DNA of 64,000 bases from Eubacteriales bacterium (lineage in GTDB: Bacteria > Bacillota > Clostridia > Oscillospirales > CAG-272): the NCBI GenBank assembly GCA_045543555.1, contig JAZQMQ010000023.1, positions 5,446 through 69,445 on the forward strand, read 5' to 3'. Under the pieces are notes generated by a model. That model did not search any database. It saw only the letters and a list, made by a program, of their open reading frames with translations, and had not been told where the DNA came from. Made by a program: the position numbers and the translations under genes. Numbering within the stretch: position 1 is the stretch's first letter; each line of letters opens with the position of its first letter. Below are positions 56,127 through 64,000 of the stretch, piece after piece.

Positions 56127-57407
56127 TTATTTCTTATTCTGAAGTGCCGCGATCTCACGTTCTGTGAGTGGTCTTTCCTTAATTTCTCCTGCTTTCTCAA
56201 GAGCAATTCTCGTAAGAAGCGGACCGACGAGCTCATATATAAGCACGGCAAACAGAGCGACGTTTCTGATTATCGGTCCTGCACCCGGAAGCACCATTGC
56301 AGTAAGCGACATTCCAAGCGATACGCCTGCTTGAGGAAGGAGCGTGATTCCGAGGTATTTCTGTATCATCGGATCGCAATGCGTCATTTTTGCCGAAAGG
56401 TGTGCGCCGTAGATCTTTCCAAGCGAACGGAATAGTATGTAAACTACGCCTACCACAATGATCGCCCAATCCGCAAATACCGCAAAGTCAAGATCACATC
56501 CGCTCAGCACGAAGAACAGCACCATAAGCGGTCCCGTCCAACGATCGACTCTGTCCATAAGCTCCTCCGAAAAATCGCAGAGATTACAGAACACAGTTCC
56601 GACAGCCATACAAACGAGAAGCGGCGAGAAGGCAAGAGTGATATTTCCGCCGAGATCGAACTTAAGCTGTGAAAGTGCGACAGCGAGGAAGATGAACATA
56701 ACAGAAATGCTCATTCTTTTAGATCTTGAATGGAAGAACTGTTCAATAAAGTGGAATGCCCAACCGATAGCCGCTCCGAGCACCAACGAACAGATAACCT
56801 CGAGTATCGGATCAATAACAATTGAAGCTACATCAAGGTGATGGAGCTCAATGGATTTGGATATACCGAAGGATATTGCAAACACAACAAGTCCTACAAC
56901 ATCATCGAGGGCTACTACAGGCAACAGCATCTTGGTAAGCGGGCCTTCCGCCTTATACTGCTTAACTACCATCAAGGTGGCGGCAGGAGCGGTAGCAGTC
57001 GCTATTGCTCCGAGTGTAAGGACTGCGGAAAGGGGAAGCTTATCGGGCATAAGACGGTGAACACCGTAAAGGGCAAGATCGACAAAGGCGGTAGCAACAA
57101 TTGCTTGGAATACTGCAATAACTACAGCCTTTTTTCCGACGTGCTTAAGGGTTTCAATGCGGAATTCGTTACCCATCGTAAACGCTATAAATCCGAGCGC
57201 TACCTCAGAAAGAATCTTATAGCTCTGAACTTGGGCAAGCGTATTGAATCCGAACCCCTTGATGCCGAGCGCGCCCAGGCAGAACGGACCGATTATTATA
57301 CCTGCGACAAGATAAGCAGTTACTGCGGGTAGGTTGAATTTTTTTGTTAATCTCGAAAGCATCAACCCCGCAAAAAGTGCCAGAGTCAATGGTAGAAGGG
57401 TTTGCAT
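56127..57407 (-). CDS. Cation:proton antiporter (CPA2-like)
   Basis: P.VTAYL.AG..IGP, ATAPA, VALDD, LLPQAGV; about 12 TM segments. Confidence 0.88.
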   Translation of the reverse strand: MQTLLPLTLALFAGLMLSRLTKKFNLPAVTAYLVAGIIIGPFCLGALGIKGFGFNTLAQVQSYKILSEVALGFIAFTMGNEFRIETLKHVGKKAVVIAVFQAIVATAFVDLALYGVHRLMPDKLPLSAVLTLGAIATATAPAATLMVVKQYKAEGPLTKMLLPVVALDDVVGLVVFAISFGISKSIELHHLDVASIVIDPILEVICSLVLGAAIGWAFHFIEQFFHSRSKRMSISVMFIFLAVALSQLKFDLGGNITLAFSPLLVCMAVGTVFCNLCDFSEELMDRVDRWTGPLMVLFFVLSGCDLDFAVFADWAIIVVGVVYILFRSLGKIYGAHLSAKMTHCDPMIQKYLGITLLPQAGVSLGMSLTAMVLPGAGPIIRNVALFAVLIYELVGPLLTRIALEKAGEIKERPLTEREIAALQNKK

Positions 57408-57542
57408 AAATGCACCTCACAAAAGTCATTATATCTTTTCACAATTTAATAGTATATACTATTTTCATTTTTCAAACAAGATTCATAAGTGTCAATTTTT
57501 TGCCCGTTTTCAAAGACATTTTGGGCATTTTTATGATAAACA

Positions 57543-57578
57543 AAAAAACAAAACCGCCTACCCTTTCGGATAGGCGGA
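57543..57578 (-). terminator. Terminator of the alpha operon
   Basis: CCGCCTA...TAGGCGG stem, with a T-run on the minus strand after rplQ. Confidence 0.65.
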
Positions 57579-57589
57579 ATTTCGTGAAA

Positions 57590-58087
57590 TTAAGCCTCAG
57601 TTGCTTCTTCAGCGGGAGCCTCAACGGTCTCCTCTGCAACAGTCTCAACAGGCGCGGTCTCTTCAGCTGCGGGAGCCTCAACCTTTGCAGCCTTCTTAGA
57701 CTTCTTGGAAGCCTTTTCAGCCTCAGCAGCCTTCTTCTCCATCTCGGAGATGAGGACTATGCGAGCCATCTCTGCTCCGTCACCTCTACGGGGACCGAGC
57801 TTGTAGATAGCGGTGTAACCGCCGTTGCGGTTTGCATTCTCGGGTGCGAGCTGCTCGAATACCTTCTTAACAACGTCTTCCTTGGTAATGAAGGCGAGAG
57901 CCTGACGGCGAGAAGCGAGAGTATTCTTCTTACCGAGAGTGATCATCTTCTCGGCAAGAGCGCGAACTTCTTTCGCTCTGGTAAGGGTAGTGTCAACCTT
58001 ACCGGTCTCAAGCAGAAGTGTTACCATACCGCGAAGCATAGCCATACGGTTTGCGGTAACTCTGCCGAGTTTTCTAGTTCCTGGCAT
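57590..58087 (-). CDS. rplQ: 50S ribosomal protein L17 with an acidic Ala/Glu-rich C-terminal extension
   Basis: [26 protein letters not shown]. Confidence 0.96.
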   Translation of the reverse strand: MPGTRKLGRVTANRMAMLRGMVTLLLETGKVDTTLTRAKEVRALAEKMITLGKKNTLASRRQALAFITKEDVVKKVFEQLAPENANRNGGYTAIYKLGPRRGDGAEMARIVLISEMEKKAAEAEKASKKSKKAAKVEAPAAEETAPVETVAEETVEAPAEEATEA

Positions 58088-58130
58088 TTTACATACCTCC
58101 CAATTATTAGTAGTTCATAGGGAAGAAAGC

Positions 58131-59081
58131 TTATTCAACTTCCTTCTTGAGATCAAGTCCGAGAGAGTGAAGCTTCTGAATTACTTCTTCAAGAGACTTC
58201 TTTCCAAGGTTTCTTACCTTGATCATATCCTCTTCGGTCTTGTTGGTAAGATCTTCAACCGTATCGATGCCTGCTCTCTTCAAGCAATTGAAGGAACGAA
58301 CAGACATGTCAAGCTCCTCAATGGTCATCTCAAGGACCTTCTCCTTGACGGTTTCGGGTCTCTCGACGAGAACGTCGATCTTCTGTGCCTCGTCCGAAAG
58401 ATTTACGAACAAGTTGAGATGCTCGTTGAGTATCTTGGCGGCGAGCGATATTGCTTCCTTTGCCGAGATAGTACCGTTTGTAAGTACGTTAAGTGTGAGC
58501 TTATCGTAATCGGTGCTTGAACCGACACGAGTATTCTCGACAGTGTAGCTTACGTTATATACGGGAGTATAAATACTATCGGTGTATATAACGCCTATCG
58601 CCGGCTGATTGTTTAGTTTGTTCTTCTCCTGAGAAACGTATCCTCTGCCGTGGCTGAAGGTGAGCTCCATATAGAAGCGTGCACCGTCTGCAACAGTTGC
58701 GAGGTGATGCTCGGGATTGAGAATCTCGATATCAGAATCAGCGGCAATGTCTCCCGCAGTTACCGTGCAAGGACCGGTCACGTCGATGGATACGGTCTTA
58801 GGGGTATCGCTGAAGAGCTTTGCTGTGATTCCCTTTACGTTGAGAACGATGTTAGTAACATCTTCCTTTACGCCGGGGACTGTGGAGATCTCATGAAGAA
58901 CTCCGTCGATCTTGATGCTTGTTACGGCAACTCCGGGAAGGGAGCTGAGAAGAACTCTGCGAAGAGAGTTTCCAAGGGTTGTTCCATAGCCTCTTTCAAG
59001 GGGCTCAACGACAAATTTGCCGCTCTTTCCGTCCTCGCTCAGGTCTACCGTAGCAATATTAGGCTTTTCTATTTCTATCAT
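58131..59081 (-). CDS. rpoA: RNA polymerase alpha subunit
   Basis: [41 protein letters not shown]. Confidence 0.98.
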   Translation of the reverse strand: MIEIEKPNIATVDLSEDGKSGKFVVEPLERGYGTTLGNSLRRVLLSSLPGVAVTSIKIDGVLHEISTVPGVKEDVTNIVLNVKGITAKLFSDTPKTVSIDVTGPCTVTAGDIAADSDIEILNPEHHLATVADGARFYMELTFSHGRGYVSQEKNKLNNQPAIGVIYTDSIYTPVYNVSYTVENTRVGSSTDYDKLTLNVLTNGTISAKEAISLAAKILNEHLNLFVNLSDEAQKIDVLVERPETVKEKVLEMTIEELDMSVRSFNCLKRAGIDTVEDLTNKTEEDMIKVRNLGKKSLEEVIQKLHSLGLDLKKEVE

Positions 59082-59173
59082 GTGAATGAGTACCCTCCTG
59101 TATTTATTTATGGAAACAAATCAGTACCGTTATGCGGTCAAGCTTTGCCCGATGCCGCAAACGGCTATCGGGT

Positions 59174-59800
59174 TTACTTGGAATAAAGCTCGACGATGAG
59201 GTGCTCCTCGAAGGGGAAGTCAACGTCGTCCCTCTGAGGAAGAGCAGCAACCTTAGCTACTACCTGAGCCTTATCAAGCTCGATCCACTTGGGAGTGATG
59301 TGAGAATCAAGGCTCTCGATAAGTGCCTTGAACTTCTCGGAAGAAGGGCTCTCCTCACGAAGAGTGATAACCTCGCCTGCACGAACGATGAGAGAAGGGA
59401 TTGTTACCTTCTTGCCGTTTATGCGGAAGTGACCGTGAGTAACGAGCTGACGAGCTTCCTTACGGCTGTTTGCAAGACCGATTCTGTAAACAACGTTATC
59501 GAAACGTCTTTCAAGGAGGCTGAGGAGGTTCTCACCTGCAACGCCTTCGGTCTTTTCTGCCTTCTCGAAGTAACTCTTGAACTGGTTCTCAAGAACGCCG
59601 TAGTATCTCTTAGCCTTCTGCTTTTCACGAAGCTGGAGACCGTATTCCTTTACGTTCTTTCTGCCTGCACCATGCTGGCCGGGAACGGAAGGATGGGTCT
59701 CGAGAGCGCACTTGCTGGATAAGCAACGGTCGCCCTTAAGGAAAAGCTTAGTGCCTTCTCTGCGGCAAAGTCTGCACACAGAGCCTGTATATCTTGCCAT
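59174..59800 (-). CDS. rpsD: 30S ribosomal protein S4
   Basis: [36 protein letters not shown]. Confidence 0.98.
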   Translation of the reverse strand: MARYTGSVCRLCRREGTKLFLKGDRCLSSKCALETHPSVPGQHGAGRKNVKEYGLQLREKQKAKRYYGVLENQFKSYFEKAEKTEGVAGENLLSLLERRFDNVVYRIGLANSRKEARQLVTHGHFRINGKKVTIPSLIVRAGEVITLREESPSSEKFKALIESLDSHITPKWIELDKAQVVAKVAALPQRDDVDFPFEEHLIVELYSK

Positions 59801-59833
59801 ACTGTATTTCCTCCTGTTTTTTTCTGACCGAGA

Positions 59834-60235
59834 TCAAACTCTACGGCGCTTGGGAGGACGGCAACCGTTGTGAGGAATAGGAGTTACGTCCTTGATCATC
59901 TCAACGGAAAGTCCTGCGGTCTGAAGCGCACGGATTGCAGATTCTCTTCCCGATCCGGGGCCCTTTACGTAAACCTCAACGGTCTTCATGCCGTGGTCAA
60001 CTGCAATCTTTGCAGCGGTCTCAGATGCGCTCTGAGCTGCAAAGGGAGTAGACTTTCTTGAGCCCTTGAAACCGAGCTCGCCGGCAGATGCCCAAGAAAT
60101 TGCATTTCCTGCCATGTCGGTGATGGTTACGATTGTGTTGTTGAAAGTAGCCTGAATGTGAACCTGACCCTTTTCAACGTTTTTGCGTTCACGACGCTTT
60201 CTTACGACCTTCTTGGCCGAATTCTGTGCTGCCAT
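59834..60235 (-). CDS. rpsK: 30S ribosomal protein S11
   Basis: [32 protein letters not shown]. Confidence 0.98.
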   Translation of the reverse strand: MAAQNSAKKVVRKRRERKNVEKGQVHIQATFNNTIVTITDMAGNAISWASAGELGFKGSRKSTPFAAQSASETAAKIAVDHGMKTVEVYVKGPGSGRESAIRALQTAGLSVEMIKDVTPIPHNGCRPPKRRRV

Positions 60236-60249
60236 TTAGTTCACCCCTC

Positions 60250-60618
60250 TTACTTCTTCTTGTTAGCGATGGTCTTTGCGGGACCTTTGCGGGTTCTGGC
60301 ATTGGTCTTGGTTCTCTGACCTCTTACGGGGAGACCCTTTCTGTGACGGATGCCGCGGTAGCAATTGATCTCGACCATTCTCTTGATGTCAAGACCTACT
60401 TCACGACGGAGATCACCCTCTACGTGGTAGTGGTTTTCGATCTCTTCACGGAGCTTGGCAACCTCTTCCTCGGTAAGATCCTTTGCTCTGGTATCGGGGT
60501 CAATTCCGGTTACCTCGAGGATCTTCTTGGCAGAGGTTCTACCAATGCCGTATATATAGGTCAGTGCGATCTCTACACGCTTTGCGTTCGGAATATCAAC
60601 GCCTGCTATACGAGCCAT
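60250..60618 (-). CDS. rpsM: 30S ribosomal protein S13
   Basis: [32 protein letters not shown]. Confidence 0.98.
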   Translation of the reverse strand: MARIAGVDIPNAKRVEIALTYIYGIGRTSAKKILEVTGIDPDTRAKDLTEEEVAKLREEIENHYHVEGDLRREVGLDIKRMVEINCYRGIRHRKGLPVRGQRTKTNARTRKGPAKTIANKKK

Positions 60619-60635
60619 ATGATTTTCCCCTTTCC

Positions 60636-60749
60636 TTATCCCTGTCTCTGTTTATGCTTAGGGTTCTCGCATATTACCATGATGCGACCCTTACGCTTAA
60701 TGATTTTGCACTTTTCGCAAATCTTTTTTACGGATGGCTTAACCTTCAT
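60636..60749 (-). CDS. rpmJ: 50S ribosomal protein L36 (not in the ORF track)
   Basis: Manual translation [37 protein letters not shown]. Confidence 0.97.
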   Translation of the reverse strand: MKVKPSVKKICEKCKIIKRKGRIMVICENPKHKQRQG

Positions 60750-60767
60750 TTTGTTACCATTCCTTTC

Positions 60768-60986
60768 TTATTTAGCACGCCAGGTGATTCGACCCTTTGT
60801 AAGATCGTAAACGGAAACCTCAACGGTTACCTTGTCTCCCGGCAATATCCATATATAGTTCATTCTGAGTTTGCCCGAAATGTGGGCATTAACGATGTGT
60901 CCGTTGGGAAGCTGAACCTTGAAGTGCGCATTAGGCAGTGCTTCAAGTACAACACCCTCGAACTCTACTACATCATCCTTAGGCAG
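60768..60986 (-). CDS. infA: Translation initiation factor IF-1, apparent CTG start (not in the ORF track)
   Basis: GAGGAGGG-6 nt-CTG; 72 aa (M)[23 protein letters not shown]...[21 protein letters not shown]...[13 protein letters not shown]. Confidence 0.93.
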   Translation of the reverse strand: MPKDDVVEFEGVVLEALPNAHFKVQLPNGHIVNAHISGKLRMNYIWILPGDKVTVEVSVYDLTKGRITWRAK

Positions 60987-61001
60987 AAGAATCCCTCCTC
61001 T

Positions 61002-61259
61002 TCAATTTATGACACGTTCATTTTCTTTAGTCAGAGAAGAAAGCTTTTTTCTTAATATCCCATCGATCATAACCGTAGGATCGATTACTGTACTTTCAAG
61101 TATCTGACAAAGATGCTTCTTATTTTAACTCTTCGGACTACTAATCCGATGCTCCTTGCCGTCACACACAAGAGCATATTTCCCTTCGTCTTTAGTGACG
61201 ATGTATATGCGTCCCATATCGTGACCTGCCAAGGAAATCACGATCATTCCCGCCTTCAC
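61002..61259 (-). pseudogene. KOW-domain (L14e-like) RNA-binding protein with an in-frame TAA
   Basis: VKAGMIVISLAGHD.G...DGK.....PKS*NKKHL; TAA at 61127-61125; usual clostridial position between map and infA. Confidence 0.75.
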
Positions 61260-62017
61260 AGCGTTTCATCCACCCTTGTCAGATAGATGATTCCTTCATC
61301 GGTGAGTGCCACCGTGTGCTCATAGTGAGCTGAAAGTGAATGATCCTTTGTTACGACCGTCCAACCGTCGCTAAGCTCCTTAACATCATAGGATCCGACA
61401 GACACCATAGGTTCTATGGCGATCGTCATTCCACTTACAAGTCTCGGACCTCTTCCGGCTGTTCCGTAATTTGGCACCGACGGGTCTTCGTGAAGCTCTC
61501 TGCCCACACCATGGCCCGTGTATTTACGGATAACTCCATATCCAAGTCCTTCGCAGTAATTTTGTATCGCCGCACCGATATCACCGATACGGTTTCCAAC
61601 CTTTACCTGCGAGGCGCCGCGGTAGAAGCTTTCCTTAGTACAACGAATGAGCTTACTTGCCTCATCGGATACCTTTCCTACGGGAAAGGTGTTTGCGCTA
61701 TCACCAATAAAGCCTTGGTAAGTCGCGCCGACATCGATCTTCACGATGTCTCCCTCCTTAAGAATCACATCCTTTGAAGGAATACCGTGTATGACCTGGT
61801 CGTTGATCGAAATACAAGCGCTTCCGGGAAATCCACCATACCCGAGAAATGTGGGCTTAGCCCCGCATTTCTCGATGTACGTACGTATTATATCGTCAAG
61901 GTGCTTTGTACTCACACCTTCCTTTACCGCTTCACCCGCAAGAAGCAGTGCCTCTCCGGTGATGCGTCCTGCAAGCTTCATTTTTTCGATCTGAAGTGCA
62001 TTTTTGAGCTGTATCAT
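61256..62017 (-). CDS. map: Methionine aminopeptidase type I
   Basis: CISIND.VIHGIP, GDIVKID, GHGVG..LHE.P, AIEPM, AHYEHT. Confidence 0.97.
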   Translation of the reverse strand: MIQLKNALQIEKMKLAGRITGEALLLAGEAVKEGVSTKHLDDIIRTYIEKCGAKPTFLGYGGFPGSACISINDQVIHGIPSKDVILKEGDIVKIDVGATYQGFIGDSANTFPVGKVSDEASKLIRCTKESFYRGASQVKVGNRIGDIGAAIQNYCEGLGYGVIRKYTGHGVGRELHEDPSVPNYGTAGRGPRLVSGMTIAIEPMVSVGSYDVKELSDGWTVVTKDHSLSAHYEHTVALTDEGIIYLTRVDETL

Positions 62018-62022
62018 AAATC

Positions 62023-62664
62023 TCAGCAGATACCGCTGTCGATCGTCTCGAAGGTGAGACGGGTAGTATCAGCGACTTCTACCTGTCCGACAACCAGCTT
62101 CAGCTTACCTGTCTTTTCATAGTAAGCCTTAAGAGGCTCTGTCTGCTCGTGATAGGTCTCAAGGCGGGAAAGAACCACCTCGGGAGCGTCATCACGGCGG
62201 ATAGTGAGCTCAGTGCCGCAGCTGTCACAAGTCTTACCGTCTTTACTCGGCTTAAACTCGGTGTGATAGGATGCTCCGCAGTTCGCACAAACACGTCTGC
62301 CACTCATTCGAGTGACAATCGTCTCATCGGGAACCTCGATGCTGATTACCATATCAATGGTAACTCCCATCTTATCAAGTGCCTCAGCCTGAGGAACGGT
62401 TCTGGGGAAGCCGTCGAGGATGAAGCCGTTATTGCAGTCATCCTGAGCGAGTCTTTCCTTAATGATTCCGATCACGACCTCATCGGGAACGAGTGCACCC
62501 TTTTCGGTGTATGACTTTGCAGCCAAACCCATTTCGGTTCCGGTCTTGATCGCTTCTCTGATTATTGCGCCCGTTGAAATTGCGGGAATATTGTAGCGCT
62601 CGCTGACCTTTTCGGCCTGAGTGCCCTTACCTGCGCCGGGAGCTCCGAGAAAAATTATTTTCAT
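62023..62664 (-). CDS. adk: Adenylate kinase
   Basis: LGAPGAGKGTQ, ILDGFPRT, zinc lid CANC...CDSC; ATG 62664 follows GGAGG. Confidence 0.97.
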   Translation of the reverse strand: MKIIFLGAPGAGKGTQAEKVSERYNIPAISTGAIIREAIKTGTEMGLAAKSYTEKGALVPDEVVIGIIKERLAQDDCNNGFILDGFPRTVPQAEALDKMGVTIDMVISIEVPDETIVTRMSGRRVCANCGASYHTEFKPSKDGKTCDSCGTELTIRRDDAPEVVLSRLETYHEQTEPLKAYYEKTGKLKLVVGQVEVADTTRLTFETIDSGIC

Positions 62665-62689
62665 TGTGCTTTCCTCCGATTTATCGGGA

Positions 62690-63982
62690 TCACTCAAGGA
62701 AGCCCTTGTAGTGACGCATTGCAAGCTGAGATTCGATCTCACGAACGGTCTCAAGAGCTACACCGACAACGATGAGCAGAGAGGAACCGCCGAAGCCGAG
62801 AATTCCAAGACGGCCGTCAGCGACCATACTTGCAACAAGCGGCATACCTGCGATAATGATGAGGAAGAGAGCGCCAATAAAGGTAACTCTGTTAAGTACC
62901 TTCTTGATATAGTCGGATGTGGGACGTCCGGGACGAATACCGGGAACGAAACCACCGTTCTTCTTCAGGTTGTTGGATACTTCTACAGTATTGAAGCTGA
63001 TGCTTATATAGAAGTAAGAGAAAGCAACGATAAGAAGGAGATAGACTATAACGTAGCTCAATTCTGTGGGGCTGAAGAACTTTACAAATCCATTCCAAAA
63101 TGCGTTGTCCCAGCTTACGAAGAGATCGATAGTACCGGGAAGAGCAACGATGGAGGATGCAAAGATGATAGGCATAACGCCTGCCATGTTCAGCTTAAGA
63201 GGCAGATTAGAGCTCTGTCCGCCGTACATTTTACGGCCGACAACGCGCTTTGCGTACTGTACGGAAATTCTTCTCTCAGAATTGGTGATGAATACTACAA
63301 GTACGATGACTGCGAGCATGATCACAACAGAGAGAATTGCGAAGAAGATGTTAAGGAAGCCGCCGAGTCTTATCTGATAAAGAATCTGGCTTGCTGCCTG
63401 AGGACCGGAAGAAAGGATGTTTACGAAGAGGATCATGGAAATACCGTTTCCGATACCCTTTTCGTCGATCTTTTCAGCCAGCCACATAACGAGGGACGCA
63501 CCCGCGCAGTAACAAGCAACCATAACGATCATTCCAAAGGGCTTTCTTCCGTCGGAAAGAAGTGTTCCTGCCGTGGAAGAAAGGAGGTTGTAATAACCGT
63601 ATGCTGTGACAAGAGAAAGAGCAATAGTAACGTATCTTGTTATCTTATTGATCTTTTGTCTGCCCTCTTCACCCTCCTTGGAGAGCTTTTCGAGAGCAGG
63701 AATTGCGATGGTGAGAAGCTGAATTACGATCTGCGCTGTAATGTAGGGCGAGACCGAAAGAGCAAACAGGTTTGCCTGAGCAAATCCCGAACCGGACAGC
63801 ATAGTCAGATAGTCGAATATGGAGCCGGCATACTGATTGAGCGACTGCTCAACAGCGAGAGCGTTTACATAGGGAACCGGAATATTGGAACCGAGGCGGT
63901 ACAGAAGAACAATGATCATAGTGAAGATCAATTTTTTCTTAAGATCCGGGGTTTTCCATGCGTTTGCTAATGTTTTAAGCAC
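62690..63982 (-). CDS. secY: Preprotein translocase subunit SecY
   Basis: PYITAQI, GIGNGIS, GVMPIIFA, PGIRPG, GGSSLLIVVGV. Confidence 0.98.
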   Translation of the reverse strand: MLKTLANAWKTPDLKKKLIFTMIIVLLYRLGSNIPVPYVNALAVEQSLNQYAGSIFDYLTMLSGSGFAQANLFALSVSPYITAQIVIQLLTIAIPALEKLSKEGEEGRQKINKITRYVTIALSLVTAYGYYNLLSSTAGTLLSDGRKPFGMIVMVACYCAGASLVMWLAEKIDEKGIGNGISMILFVNILSSGPQAASQILYQIRLGGFLNIFFAILSVVIMLAVIVLVVFITNSERRISVQYAKRVVGRKMYGGQSSNLPLKLNMAGVMPIIFASSIVALPGTIDLFVSWDNAFWNGFVKFFSPTELSYVIVYLLLIVAFSYFYISISFNTVEVSNNLKKNGGFVPGIRPGRPTSDYIKKVLNRVTFIGALFLIIIAGMPLVASMVADGRLGILGFGGSSLLIVVGVALETVREIESQLAMRHYKGFLE

Positions 63983-63983
63983 C

Positions 63984-64000
63984 TCAGACCACCTCGCACT
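63984..64000 (-). CDS. rplO: Last codons of probable ribosomal protein L15 (truncated by the window edge)
   Basis: ...CEVV* immediately before secY; call rests mainly on gene order. Confidence 0.5.

Noticed and set aside
57590-57740. Low-complexity Ala/Glu tail on L17 as a novelty
   Set aside because: Such extensions are common on bacterial L17 proteins.
62621-63970. 449 aa plus-strand ORF
   Set aside because: Antisense shadow of secY.
1-64000. tRNA, rRNA, CRISPR array, intact transposase/integrase, or anti-phage defence operon
   Set aside because: None recognised by eye. The nucleases present are exported lipoprotein or housekeeping types in a salvage context. A tRNAscan/Rfam/DefenseFinder run would be needed to exclude them formally.

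Overview
A 64 kb chromosomal window from a Clostridia-type Firmicute, judged from sigma-A promoters, AGGAGG Shine-Dalgarno sites, a T-box riboswitch and the spc/alpha operon gene order. The right third is housekeeping: rsmB-fmt-def-priA-rpoZ-gmk-remA-yloC and secY-adk-map-infA-rpmJ-rpsM-rpsK-rpsD-rpoA-rplQ. Two accessory systems stand out. (1) About 17 kb (4.7-21.6 kb) looks like a complete nucleic-acid utilization locus. A minus-strand RDD + CUT1-type ABC importer operon ends in a staphylococcal-nuclease/OB-fold lipoprotein and a multi-OB-repeat lipoprotein. It converges on a plus-strand tdk-deoC-deoD-udk-nrnA-nrnA-surE operon, and an NT5C-guanylate-kinase fusion sits alongside. (2) About 15 kb (23-38 kb) is a branched-chain acid/amino-acid module. 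An Ile-specifier T-box precedes two XRE-cupin-acyl-CoA-synthetase paralogs, a P-loop ATPase, a 4-subunit VOR-type oxidoreductase and a Leu dehydrogenase. Divergent from it are a catalytically degenerate LeuA that retains its regulatory domain and a TIM-barrel/acyl-CoA ligase fusion. Also present: a TetM/EF-G-like GTPase fused to a Rae1/YacP NYN RNase, a pseudogene scar (AraC, serine recombinase and MBL fragments), an infA with a CTG start, and a nonsense-disrupted KOW gene. All assignments come from motif recognition by eye; no database searches were run.
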